64,000 bases of DNA, taken from positions 115,630,001 through 115,694,000 of the forward strand of contig NC_043000.1 in the NCBI RefSeq assembly GCF_006345805.1. The letters are read 5' to 3'. A program made the position numbers and the translations under genes. The notes under the pieces were generated by a model. The model made no database searches. It was not told where the DNA came from and worked only from the letters and a program-made list of their open reading frames with translations. Positions 52,724 to 64,000 of this stretch are shown one piece after another. Position 1 is the stretch's first letter. Each line of letters opens with the position of its first letter. Source of the DNA: Octopus sinensis (Eukaryota).

Positions 52724-53150
52724 TTTTTTTTTTTTTACTATGTATTCATGAGATCTTCCCTATTCTCTCTTTCTCTCTCTCTTTTACTTGTTTCAGTCAT
52801 TTGACTGTGGCCATGCTGGGGCACCGCCTTTATTATTGTTGTTATTGTCAATTAGTTGCGGCTATTCCGGAATACCGCTTCAACATTTTAAATTCGATCG
52901 CTCTCATGTTCTGAGTCCAAATTCTGCCGAGGTCGACTTTGCCTTTCATCCTTTCGGGATCGATAAATAAGTACCAGCTAAACACTGGGGTCGATGTAAT
53001 CGACTGAATCATCCACTAAAGAAAACTGCAGGCTTTGTAACAAAATTTGAAACCGTTGCTGACATAATTAAGGAACAAGTCACTTGATTAATGAGAGGAA
53101 AAACAGAACTGGTAATGATATATACAATTTTGATACTCTGAGTTGTTCTC

Positions 53151-53236
53151 TCGCGATAGTTCAGTTGGTAGAGCGGAGGACTATTGCACGTTATATGCGA
53201 TCCTTAGGTCGGTGGTTCGAATCCATCTCACGTGAT
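53151..53236 (+). pseudogene. trnY: tRNA-Tyr-derived pseudogene, 13-nt intron remnant (copy 6)
   Basis: Anticodon position reads ATT, two acceptor-stem mismatches, C11T. Confidence 0.85.
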
Positions 53237-54164
53237 TCCGTGTTCTTTTTTTTTACCTATGTATTCATGAGACCTTCCCTATTCTGTTGCTATTGTCAAT
53301 CGTTAGTTATGTCTATTCCGGAATACCGCTTTCAACATTTTTAATTCGATCGTTTTCATGTTCCGAGTTCAAATGCTGCCGAGTTCAACTCTGCTTTCAT
53401 TCTTTCGGGTTCCATAAAATATATACCAGTTAGGCACCGGAGTTGGTGTAAACGTCTCATTCTCTCTCTTCCGAAATTGCTGGCCTTGTGCCAAAGTTGG
53501 AAATCATTAGTAATACACCTACAAGGCGGTGAGCTGGCAGAATCGTTAGCACGCTGAATAAAATATTTCGTAGCTTTACTCCCGACTACTTCTGAGTTCA
53601 AATTTCACCGAAGTCGACATTGCCTTTCATCCGTTCGGGGTCGATGAAATAAGCACCAGCTGAGCACTGGGTATCGATGTAATCGATTTGACCCGTTAAC
53701 CAAAGTTTCAGGCCTTGTGCATACAGTAGAAAGGATTATTAGCTCAAATAAGACGGTCAACCGGCAGAATCGTTAGTGCGTCGGACAAAATGCTTAGTGG
53801 CATTTCTTCCGGTTCTTTACGTTCTTAATCCTTGAGAGAAGAAGCCCGAATCACCGAGATCTCACTGGACATTATTCAAGATGCCTACAGGTCTCTTAAA
53901 TCCCCGTGTGCAGACCCGCCGATTCCACACACGTCACCATTTATGAAAAAGAATGAAGTCTTTCAGGTACTCCCAGCAATGCCTTGCAATGCCTTAGTGT
54001 CCCTTCCCATTACTAGCCCTTTCATTCTCCAGTGTTGCTTTGTGTGAAACATCTTAATTAGTTTTCTCTCTGATGTAACTTAATGAAACTTCGTCACTGC
54101 TGAACAGTAAATTTGACAAGAACAAATCTGATAATATAATTATTTTTGCCAGTTGGTAACGGTA

Positions 54165-54255
54165 CTCGCGATAGATCAGTTGGTAGAGCGGAGGACTGTA
54201 GTAAGATAAGATATCAGCGATCCTTAGGTCGGTGGTTCGAATCCGTCTCGCGAGA
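54165..54255 (+). tRNA. trnY: tRNA-Tyr(GTA), 18-nt intron 54202-54219 (copy 7), one D-stem mismatch
   Basis: TAGATC instead of TAGCTC (A11:G24 mismatch); otherwise intact; T-run follows. Confidence 0.8.
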
Positions 54256-54551
54256 TTTCTTTTTTTGGTTTTTAATTCAATTTATTCTACGTTCTTCAAA
54301 ACTTGCTGTTCTAGCATTTAGAAATTGGCTACGTACATAAATCTTTACGAATCTTTGTTGGAGAATTCACACCATGCCGATGACAGACATAACTCTCTCT
54401 CTCTGTCTCTCTCTCTCTGTCTCTCTCTCTTTCTTTCTCTCTCTCTCAGTGTGTACGTGCGTGAGTGTGTGTGTGTGTGTTCCAGTAAGTACATGAAGTG
54501 AGCTACAAGAAATTACTTAGTGTCGTCATTAGTTTTGGAGAAGAAGAAGAA

Positions 54552-54600
<49 letters not shown>

Positions 54601-55056
54601 AAAGGTCTCTAAATGCATTCAAGATAGATTGAAATTGTCTTGATTGTCTACTACAAGCAATTTCGAATATACAGGAAAGATAATCTCAAGCAATCAATAA
54701 TTCTTCGAAGTTAAAATGCCATTTACTGCCATACAGGCACTTCAATGAGGACATATCATATTTATTTTGACACCGAAACAAATGTAAAGACAGTAGGTCC
54801 GTTACTATTTCGGAGTACCACAAAGAGCTAAAAACAGTAATGTTTGGGGATGAGGTGGGGATCTAGGCGACACTTCTATGGGGGCGGCATTTTTGGGTTT
54901 GCTCTGTTGAAATAAAATTGCTTGTCATGTCGGGACACTAGGCAGTTTTAGGTTTAGAGTAACTTACGATAGGGCGTATATCAGGGACGTGCCATGAATA
55001 GGTAGATAGTCGGAAGGGCAGCAGACAAAATTGGGAAAATTTGACGTATACACGTC

Positions 55057-55224
55057 GGAGTGGCTGCGTGGTTAGTAGCTTGCTTACGAACCACATGGTT
55101 CCGGGTTCAGTCCCACTGCGTGGCACCTTGGCAAGTGTCTTTTACTATAGCCTTGAACCGACCAAAGCCTTGTGAGTGGATTTGGTAGACGGAAACTGAA
55201 AGAATCCCGTCGCATATATGTATG

Positions 55225-55269
<45 letters not shown>

Positions 55270-55511
55270 TTGTGTGTGTGTATATGTTTGTGTGTCTGTG
55301 TTTGTTCCCCCAACATCGCTTGACAACCGATGGTGGTGTGTTTACGTTCCCGTAACTTAGCGGTTCGGAAAAGTGAAAGCTAGAATAAGTACTAAAGTAC
55401 TAGGCTTACAAAGAATAAGTCCTGGTGTCGATTTGCTCGACTAAAGGCGGTGCTCCAGCATGGCCACAGTCAAATGACTGAAACAAGTAAAAAGAGTAAA
55501 GAGTAAAAAGA
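55057..55511 (+). mobile_element. SINE family B, tail-to-tail with tRNA-Tyr copy 8
   Basis: Full body; a duplicated 3' part precedes copy 9 at about 57545-57765. Confidence 0.85.
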
Positions 55512-55546
55512 GCCAAAAAAAAAATATATATTTAAAAAAAAGCGGA

Positions 55547-55641
55547 TCTCGCGAGACGGATTCGAACCATCGACCTAAGGATTACAGTTTATAATTTTGA
55601 CAATCTACAGTCCTCCGCTCTACCAACTGAGCTATCGCGAG
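55547..55641 (-). tRNA. trnY: tRNA-Tyr(GTA), 22-nt intron 55583-55604 (copy 8)
   Basis: Reverse complement with intact exons (A50 variant); A-run (terminator) at 55534-55541. Confidence 0.95.
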
Positions 55642-55804
55642 AACTAGTTGATTCCGAGTCAAAGTTACTTATATTAACAGTTGTGATTTTGTTACACTTG
55701 ATCAACTTGTTTAGTTATGCTAATAATAAAAGCACATTGCTCTGTGGTATGTTGTTATGTGTGAATTTGATTGTATGAAAACATAGACATAGATACACAT
55801 ATTA

Positions 55805-56027
55805 GGTCCTATTTAAGAAGAGTGGTCGCGCATCCGCGCTAGCTAGTCGTGACTAGTCGATCCTTTGTGTTTTTGTGTTTTATTTACTTTGTGTAAAAAA
55901 AATTTTTATTTTGTGTTTTATTTACTTTGCTAGGTAGTCGTTGTAGGATCGACTTGTCACGATTAGCTGTCGCGGATGCGCGAGTACGCGACTGCGCGCA
56001 CCGGGACTACTCTTCTTAAATAGTACC
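55805..56027. mobile_element. 223-bp MULE/Mutator-like MITE with long TIRs and a perfect 9-bp TSD
   Basis: TIR ggtcctatttaagaagagt / actcttcttaaatagtacc plus an internal ~38-bp inverted block; TSD cacatatta at 55796-55804 and 56028-56036. Confidence 0.88.
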
Positions 56028-56770
56028 CACATATTATAGAAACAAACATTCCGCAAGCAGACACATACACACACACACACGCACACACGTTTGATCCACT
56101 TAATAGCGTATATCTGTTTGTTTATTACCCTCAAGGGGCTAAACACAGAGGGGACAAACAAGGACAAACAAACGGATTAAGTCGATTACATCGACCCCAG
56201 TGCGTAATTGGTACTTAATTTATCGACTCCGAAAGGATGAAAGGCAAAGTCGACCTCGGCGGAATTTGAACTCAGAACGTAACGGCAGACGAAATACGGC
56301 TACGCATTTCGCCCGGCGTGCTAACGGTTCTGCCAGCTCGCCGCCTTACAATGGCGTACATCAGTGTCGTGCCGTGGATATTTGTGCAAGGAAGGATGTC
56401 GCGAGGGCAAACAAACTCAGGAACTGTTCCGGTGGCACGCTCTGCAGCCACGCTACTGGTTAAAAATAACGATCTTATTCTTGTGTTTGAATCCACTCAC
56501 CGATGTTCCTTTTGATTTTTTTCAGTTTCCGTTCGTTGTCGATTCGTTAAATCTGGTTATTATTGTCCAAAATTGTCTAGAAACCCTTTACGTGCATGCA
56601 GGCATATATACATGACTGTACGCGCGCGCGCGTGTGTGTGTGCGAGCGTGCTGCGTGTGTGTGTGTATGTATGTGTGCGTATGTGTCTGTACGTATAGAC
56701 AAGTGAATTCACACACACACACACACTCACGCACACTCCCGCACACACATACATAAACTCACATACACAC

Positions 56771-56816
<46 letters not shown>

Positions 56817-56892
56817 ATCTATCTATCTATCTATCTATCTATCTACCTACCTATCCATGTGTCTGTCTGTCTGTCTTCCTATCTATCTATCC

Positions 56893-56950
<58 letters not shown>

Positions 56951-56969
56951 TTATCTATCTATCTACCTG

Positions 56970-57525
56970 GAAGCATCCCCAATCAAACCATTGATTACAT
57001 AATTGCGAGGTCTTTCATGAGGGAAGATGTAACACGTTCTTTCTCCATTGATACGATCAAAGGTGAATTTTACTATCCGCACTCCTATTCATAGCAATCG
57101 CACTCAACCAATTCGGAAAATGGATGTGACAAACCTAAGGAACAATGACAATTTAACCTTGTTTCAAACAACCTGTGACAACAAACTTGCTGGCATCTCA
57201 GACAACACAGATATTGAATCAGCGTGGTCTGTTTGAGAAAAATGCTGTATTTGAGTCAGCTTGGGAAACACTTGGGTATGTTAAGAGGTAGTACCAAAAT
57301 TGGTTTGACTCAAATGATCGTGAAGGCTCTCCTCTTTTGGACAATATGCACAAGTGCCGCTGTCAATGGATGTTGAATAAAAATGATGTCACAGAACGCA
57401 ACGATTTTAAAAAGGCCAGAAATACATGCCAACCTCAACTGAGGAAAATGAAACAGATATGATGGCAAAAAGAGATAAATGCACATGAGGTGCAGGATGC
57501 TGCGGACAGATGTGACTCCAGGTCA
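56970..57525 (+). mobile_element. RTE (BovB-like) LINE internal fragment, endonuclease end plus linker
   Basis: [10 protein letters not shown]; RKMDV..L; KNAVFESAWETLGYVKR*YQNWFDSNDRE; KARNTCQ.QLRKMK..*WQ...EVQDAADRCD. Confidence 0.8.
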
Positions 57526-57794
57526 CATATGTGCAGCGCGCGCGTTTGTGTGTCTGTGTTTGTCCCACCACTCCATCGCTTGACAACCGATACTGGTGTG
57601 TTTACGCCTCCGTAACATAGCGGTTCAGCAAAAGAGAGCGATAGAATAAGTGCTAGGTTTACAAGGAATAAGTCCTGGGGGCGATTTGCTCGACTAAAGG
57701 CGGTGCTCCAGCATGGCCATAGTCAAATGACTGAAACAAGTAAAAGAGTAAAAAGAGTAAAGAGTAACACTGAGCCAAGAAAAAAAAAAACGGA

Positions 57795-57889
57795 TCTCGC
57801 GAGACGGATTCGAACCATCGACCTAAGGATTACAGTTCATGATATTAACAATCTACAGTCCTCCGCTCTACCAACTGAGCTATCGCGAG
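57795..57889 (-). tRNA. trnY: tRNA-Tyr(GTA), 22-nt intron 57831-57852 (copy 9)
   Basis: Exons identical to copy 8; A-run terminator at 57779-57790. Confidence 0.95.
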
Positions 57890-58713
57890 AACAAATTAAC
57901 AAGGAGTCAAAGTTACTTACATTAACAGTTGTATTATTGCTACACTTGATCAACTTGTTTAGTTATGCTAATTATAAAACCTAATTGCTTTGTGGTATGT
58001 TGGTATGTGTGAATTTGATTGTGTGAAAACATAGACATAAATACACCGAGACCTATAGAATAAATACTAGGCTTACAAAGAATGAGGTCGATTTGTTCGG
58101 CTAAGGGTGGTGCTCCAGTCAAAATGACTGAAACAAGTAAAAGAATAAAAGACACACAGATATAGACAAAATCAGATTAAAAGCAAATAATCCCGGAAAA
58201 ACAACAAAAGTCAATTAGACGTACAAAGTGAATATATCGACGCTCGGTGGTAGTCTTAGAAGGCAAGGTAGGAGTACGAATGACATTTCGAGCATGGCTC
58301 TTCGTCGGGAAGTTGTATTTATGTGAGTGCTTGTGTGGGGTCGATATAATCGGGTCGATGTAATCGACTTAATCCGTTTGTCTGTCCTTGTTTCTCCTCT
58401 CTGTGTTTAGCCCCTTGTGGGTAGTAAAGAAATAGGTATTTCGGCCATCGCTACGTTCTGAATTGAAATTCCGCTGAGGTCGACTTTGCCTTTCATCCTT
58501 TCGATAAATTATGTACCAGTTGCACACTGGGTTTGATCTAATCGGCTGGTGTCTGGAGGCAAGATGATGCATGTGTGAATATGTATGTGTACGTATGTGT
58601 GAGTGTGTGTGTCTGTGTGCGTGCGAGTATGAGTACGGGTTTGAAAGAGACAGATAGATAGATAGATTGACAGATAGATAGATTGACAGCTAGATAGATA
58701 GATTGATAGATAG

Positions 58714-58803
<90 letters not shown>

Positions 58804-59262
58804 GGGTTCTACCTAGATAACTTGATATACACCAAGTGAGTATGAAGTTTTCTGTGATGCTCTAACGATTCACAGTTTCCCGATCATTTCCCAATCACTT
58901 CCAAACCAGATAAACACATTTATAATAAATTAATTCCACGATTAAAATCTCAGCATTTGGGATTTGATTCCAAATCGCAGAACTCATAATGATTGGAAAA
59001 CAAATATTTTAAACACAGTTCACCCAGCAAGCAATCGACAAACAAACAGCTCGAGGTTAATGAGACGTTTAACTTTTTAATTAATCACAGAAATAACACC
59101 GGAGCGCCATCTATGTAATTAGTATTTGATAATGTAAAGTAATTGTAGAAGTTTTTAGCCTAATTCTTTTATAACATTCCAGAGTTGTAAGTGTTTCGTT
59201 TCAATTGTTTCTCAATATGTGAAAACTGGCCTCGTTCGTAACACATGCACACATGCATGTCT

Positions 59263-59336
<74 letters not shown>

Positions 59337-59417
59337 CACACACACACACACGCACACGCACACCTATACATAATTACGCGCATACGCACGTATACATGCA
59401 CAAATATGCGAATATGT

Positions 59418-59969
59418 GGAGGCGCAATGGCTCAGTGGTTAGGGCAGCAGACACGCGGTCGTAGGATCGCGGTTTCGATTCCCAGACCGGGCATTTTCAG
59501 TGTTTATTGAGCGAAAGTACCTAAACCTCCACGAGGCTCCGGCAATGGATGGTGACGAACCCTGCTAAATTTTATGATTACAATTTTGGCACGGCTAGTT
59601 TTCTGATAGAATACTACACAAATTTCAGTAAATAAACAAGACGCGGTTTCGATTCCCAGACCGAGCGTTATTCAGCGAAATCACCTAAAGTTCCACAAGG
59701 CTCCGGCAGTGGATGGTGACGAACCCTGCTGTACTCTTTCATCACAACTTTCTCTCACTCTTTCTTCTTGTTTCTGTTGTGTCTGTAATTCAAAGGGCCA
59801 GCCTTTTCACACTCTGTGTCACGCTGAATCTCTCCGAGAACTACGTTAAGAGTACACGTGTCTGTGGAGTGCTCAGCCACTTGTACGTTATTTTCACGAA
59901 CAGGCTGTTCCGTTGATTGAATGAACTGTAACCCTCGTCGTCGCAACCGACGGAGTGTCTCGACGATAC
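59418..59969 (+). mobile_element. SINE family C, long-tail variant with an internal partial head duplication, 10-bp TSD
   Basis: TSD gcgaatatgt at 59408-59417 and 59970-59979; tail module ctgaatctctccgagaactacg...accgacggagtg also present at about 46400-46525 and 13020-13170. Confidence 0.75.
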
Positions 59970-60463
59970 GCGAATATGTTTGTATATGTATGTATGTGTG
60001 TGTATGTGTGTCTGGATGTTTTAACACATGAACTCTCGCACGTCGGAGGGACACAAATACGCATATGCACCTACATATGGACGGTGCTCGTGCATACAGC
60101 ACACACATCTATGTGCATATTCAGGAACGCCCATTTATACACACATACAAGTACATACATCTACATACGTCTACATATATATGTGTGTGTATATATATAG
60201 ATATACACACATACATATGTGTGTGTATATGTATACACGCACACACATACACCTCTCTATCTCTGTGTGTCTATATATATGTATACACACATACACATAC
60301 AAACACACACATATATATATACATATATATAGGCGCAGGAGTGGCTGTGTGGTAAGTAGCTTGCTTATCAACCACATGGTTCCGGGTTCAGTCTTCAGCT
60401 ATAGAATTGGGCCGATCAAAGCCTTGTGAGTGGGTTGGGTATCGGAAACTGAAGAAGCCCGTC

Positions 60464-60519
<56 letters not shown>

Positions 60520-60697
60520 TAGGCTTGCAAAGAATAAGTCCCGGGGTCGATTTGCTCGACTAAAGGCGTGCTCCTGCATGGCTGCAGTCAAATGACTGAA
60601 ACAAGTAAAAGAAAAATAATACATATGACGAGCTTCTTTCAGTTTCCGTCTACCAAGTTCGCTCACAAGGCTTTCTTCGGCCCATGGCTATAGTACA

Positions 60698-60747
<50 letters not shown>

Positions 60748-60774
60748 ATATATAATGTATGTAGTATATATGTA

Positions 60775-60819
<45 letters not shown>

Positions 60820-60867
60820 GTATAATATCTATATACACATGTATACATATATATACATACTACATAC

Positions 60868-60900
<33 letters not shown>

Positions 60901-60966
60901 TATACATATATTTACATACATACATATATATATATACATACATACATACACCACACACATATAATA

Positions 60967-61000
<34 letters not shown>

Positions 61001-61436
61001 TTACATACATACATATATATATACATACATATACACAAATATAAGAGAGTGTCCACTATGTGGTCGCTCTTGTGCTAAAAATGGATCCACAATGGTCTCA
61101 ACCACCAAGAATTGTTCCCAAGGAGAATTAGCACAACTATGAACGTAAATGAGCAGGACAAATGAAAAATAACAACAATGTAGATTAATTCTAGACAATT
61201 GTTTCGCTGTTAATGGATTATGCAATGTTACTTACATAATATATCTGCAGAATTTGTCGTGAATACAATTTACTGAACCGCACACCAGCTTTTAACATAA
61301 AGCTAAACACACGTGTGGTTCAGTCTATTATATTCGCAGTTATGATTCGAATGCCCTCGTTATAGCGCGCCAAAATTCCCGTAAACAAATACTGCATAGA
61401 TAATTTACTATATGTATATATATATACATATATATA

Positions 61437-61498
<62 letters not shown>

Positions 61499-61527
61499 AT
61501 CTATGTATATATATGTATACATGTGTG

Positions 61528-61561
<34 letters not shown>

Positions 61562-62154
61562 CATATATACATATATACATATATATATACATACACACAT
61601 ACAAACAGACAGATAGACATACATGCACAAATATATATACATATATATTATATATATATAATATATATATATATATATTATATATATATATATAATGTAT
61701 GTATATATATATACATGCATACATAAATATTTGTATGCATGCGGATCACAAACGTATGCATATACATGTAATGAAAAACAAGTCCGCAATGACACGCAGG
61801 CATACAAAATTACAAATATATACGCAATAAAGCGCCCAAGCACACACACATATACAACCATAGATACAGACAGACACACGCACACATACGCACACACACA
61901 CACACACTCACACACATACAATGACACACACGCGCGCGCACATAGACACACAGACACTGCCTTTTCCCCTCCACTGCTTGCCAGAGAGACTCTTAAAAAC
62001 CAATCCATCTTTATCATTTATTTAGTCTCGTGTGACGGCATATTTTCGGTAAACAACCAAACATTTCGCTTTTTAATTTTTTTCTCCTATTGGGCAACGT
62101 TATCGCCGCCGTCCCTACCACCACCATCACTACAATAACGCCTAACCCTACTCA

Positions 62155-62395
62155 GCGACTCGGAAATACATCATCCTCATCATCATCATCTGCATCATTA
62201 TCATTAACCACCAGCACCAGCACCAGCACCACCATCACCAACACCACCACCATAACCACCACCACCACCACCACCACCACCACCACCACCACCACCACCA
62301 CCATCACCACCACCACCACCACCACCACCACCACCACAATCACCACCACCACAACCACCACCACCACCACCACCACCACCACCACCATCATTGTG
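62155..62395. repeat. (CAT)/(ACC)n trinucleotide repeat
   Basis: Direct reading. Confidence 0.92.
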
Positions 62396-62483
62396 TAAAT
62401 GCTTACGTTCCTATATATACATACACATGTCTCTGCCTGCCTTCTATGTGTCTGTCTGTCTCTTCCTCCTCTATCTATATGTA

Positions 62484-62555
<72 letters not shown>

Positions 62556-63069
62556 GTATACAGGCGTGTCTAATAAACTAATAGATTACTAGGCATTAAC
62601 TAATCGGCCATGTTTTGTGGATCTGATTTTAGAATCCATTCCCATTAAATTCGCAATTCTCTGGCTCATCCCTCCCTAATACAAACCGAAACAATCAAGC
62701 CGGCATCATCAACATCACCATCGTCATTATCGCCATGACCATCATCATCATCATCGCCATCGTCGTTGTCCTCCTCCCCCCTCCTCTTTCTCCTCTTCCT
62801 CCTCATCATCACCACTTTCTCACTGAATCCACCGACTGCCACCTAGACTATCACAACCACAACCACCACAACCACCACATCCAACATAATCACTATCAAT
62901 GCCAAAAACTGCCAAAACAAAAAAAAACACAACCATCATGACTACGACCACGACGACCCACCACGACGATTCTTCACATCTTCTTCATCTCTCTCTCTCT
63001 CCCCTCTCTCTCTCCTCCTCACCTATTCTCTCTCTCCTCACCTATTCTTATTCACTTCCCTTATCTCCC

Positions 63070-63127
63070 CTGACTGTCTGTCCGTCTGTCTGTCTATCTG
63101 TCTGCCTGTCTGTCCGTCTGTCCGTCT

Positions 63128-63174
<47 letters not shown>

Positions 63175-63263
63175 GTCTGTCTGTCTGTCTGTCTGTCTCT
63201 GTCTGTCTGTCTGTCTGCCTGCCTGCCTGTCCGTCTGTCCGTCCATCAATCTGTCTGACTCCA

Positions 63264-63335
<72 letters not shown>

Positions 63336-63403
63336 GTGTATGTGTGTGTGTGTGTGTGTGTGTCTGTCTGTCTGTCTGTCTATCTGTCTGTCTGTCTGTC
63401 TGC

Positions 63404-63473
<70 letters not shown>

Positions 63474-63610
63474 GTGTGTGTGTGTCTGTCCGTCTGTCCG
63501 TCTGTTTGTCTGTTTGTCCTTATCTCTGTCTCTGTCTGTCTGTCTCTCTCTATCTATCTCTCTATCTAGCTAGCTATCAGTCTGTCCGTAAGTCTGTTTG
63601 TCCGTCTATC
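63070..63610. repeat. (TCTG)n/(TCTA)n compound tetranucleotide repeat
   Basis: Direct reading. Confidence 0.92.
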
Positions 63611-64000
63611 TGTCTCTGTCTGTCTGTCTGTCTCCGTTCCTCCTTTCAAATCCATTACAAATGTTCTCACTAAACCACTGAACTATGTGCAAACACCATG
63701 CGTTTATTTACCAATTCCACCAATTGCCTCTTAATTGTTTAATGGGAAAGAAGAGAGAATAGAAGAGCGTGTGTATATATGCACCTGAGTGAGTGCATAT
63801 GTATATGCGTGTATGTATGAGTGTGTGTATGTATAATCACATTTGCGTCTGTGTGTGTATGTATAAACGTATGTACGTATGTGTGTGGTGTGTGTGTGTG
63901 TATGCATTTACCTACGAATGTTCGTGCACATTTGTTTACCTGCACATATGCATACCACTTTCAAAGAATTATTTTTGGCTTTTTCCCCTCGTTTCTCATG

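Noticed and set aside
53151-53236. tRNA-Asn(ATT) or anticodon-switched tRNA
   Set aside because: The body is tRNA-Tyr with multiple stem mismatches; ATT is best explained as decay in a pseudogene.
53832-54047. 71-aa ORF between tRNA copies 6 and 7 (also 21053-21253 and 4755-4937)
   Set aside because: No recognisable motif, start context or splice signals; cannot be supported without a database search.
62090-62398. Poly-Thr mucin-like ORF
   Set aside because: An (ACC)n repeat inside a microsatellite field, with no signal peptide, exon context or non-repetitive homology.

Overview
This is repeat-dense, AT-rich eukaryotic genomic DNA. The SINE families, huge (AT)n/(CA)n/(TCTA)n microsatellites and TE mix are typical of an Octopus/cephalopod genome (inferred, not verified). 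I found no intact protein-coding gene; most ORFs in the track are microsatellite or TE read-through. Supported content: (i) a cluster of nine intron-containing tRNA-Tyr(GTA) genes and pseudogenes (40.4-57.9 kb, both strands), plus one degenerate tRNA-Ile(AAT); (ii) decayed non-LTR elements of CR1, RTE, CRE-like, HERO-like and Penelope-like type; (iii) Tc1/mariner remnants, MITEs (hAT-like, an 8-bp-TSD element, a 9-bp-TSD MULE-like element) and Helitron/Helentron-type elements; (iv) dozens of copies of at least four tRNA-derived SINE families, of which representative copies are listed. The standout is a ~400-bp mariner-derived MITE (30945-31343). It carries, antisense to its transposase remnant, a stop-free ~190-bp piece of a PLD6/Zucchini-type coding sequence (piRNA-biogenesis nuclease) including the HKD motif. 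Other notable items are minimal hammerhead-ribozyme-like motifs in Penelope-type termini, a templated inverted insertion, and a 163-bp near-perfect hairpin.
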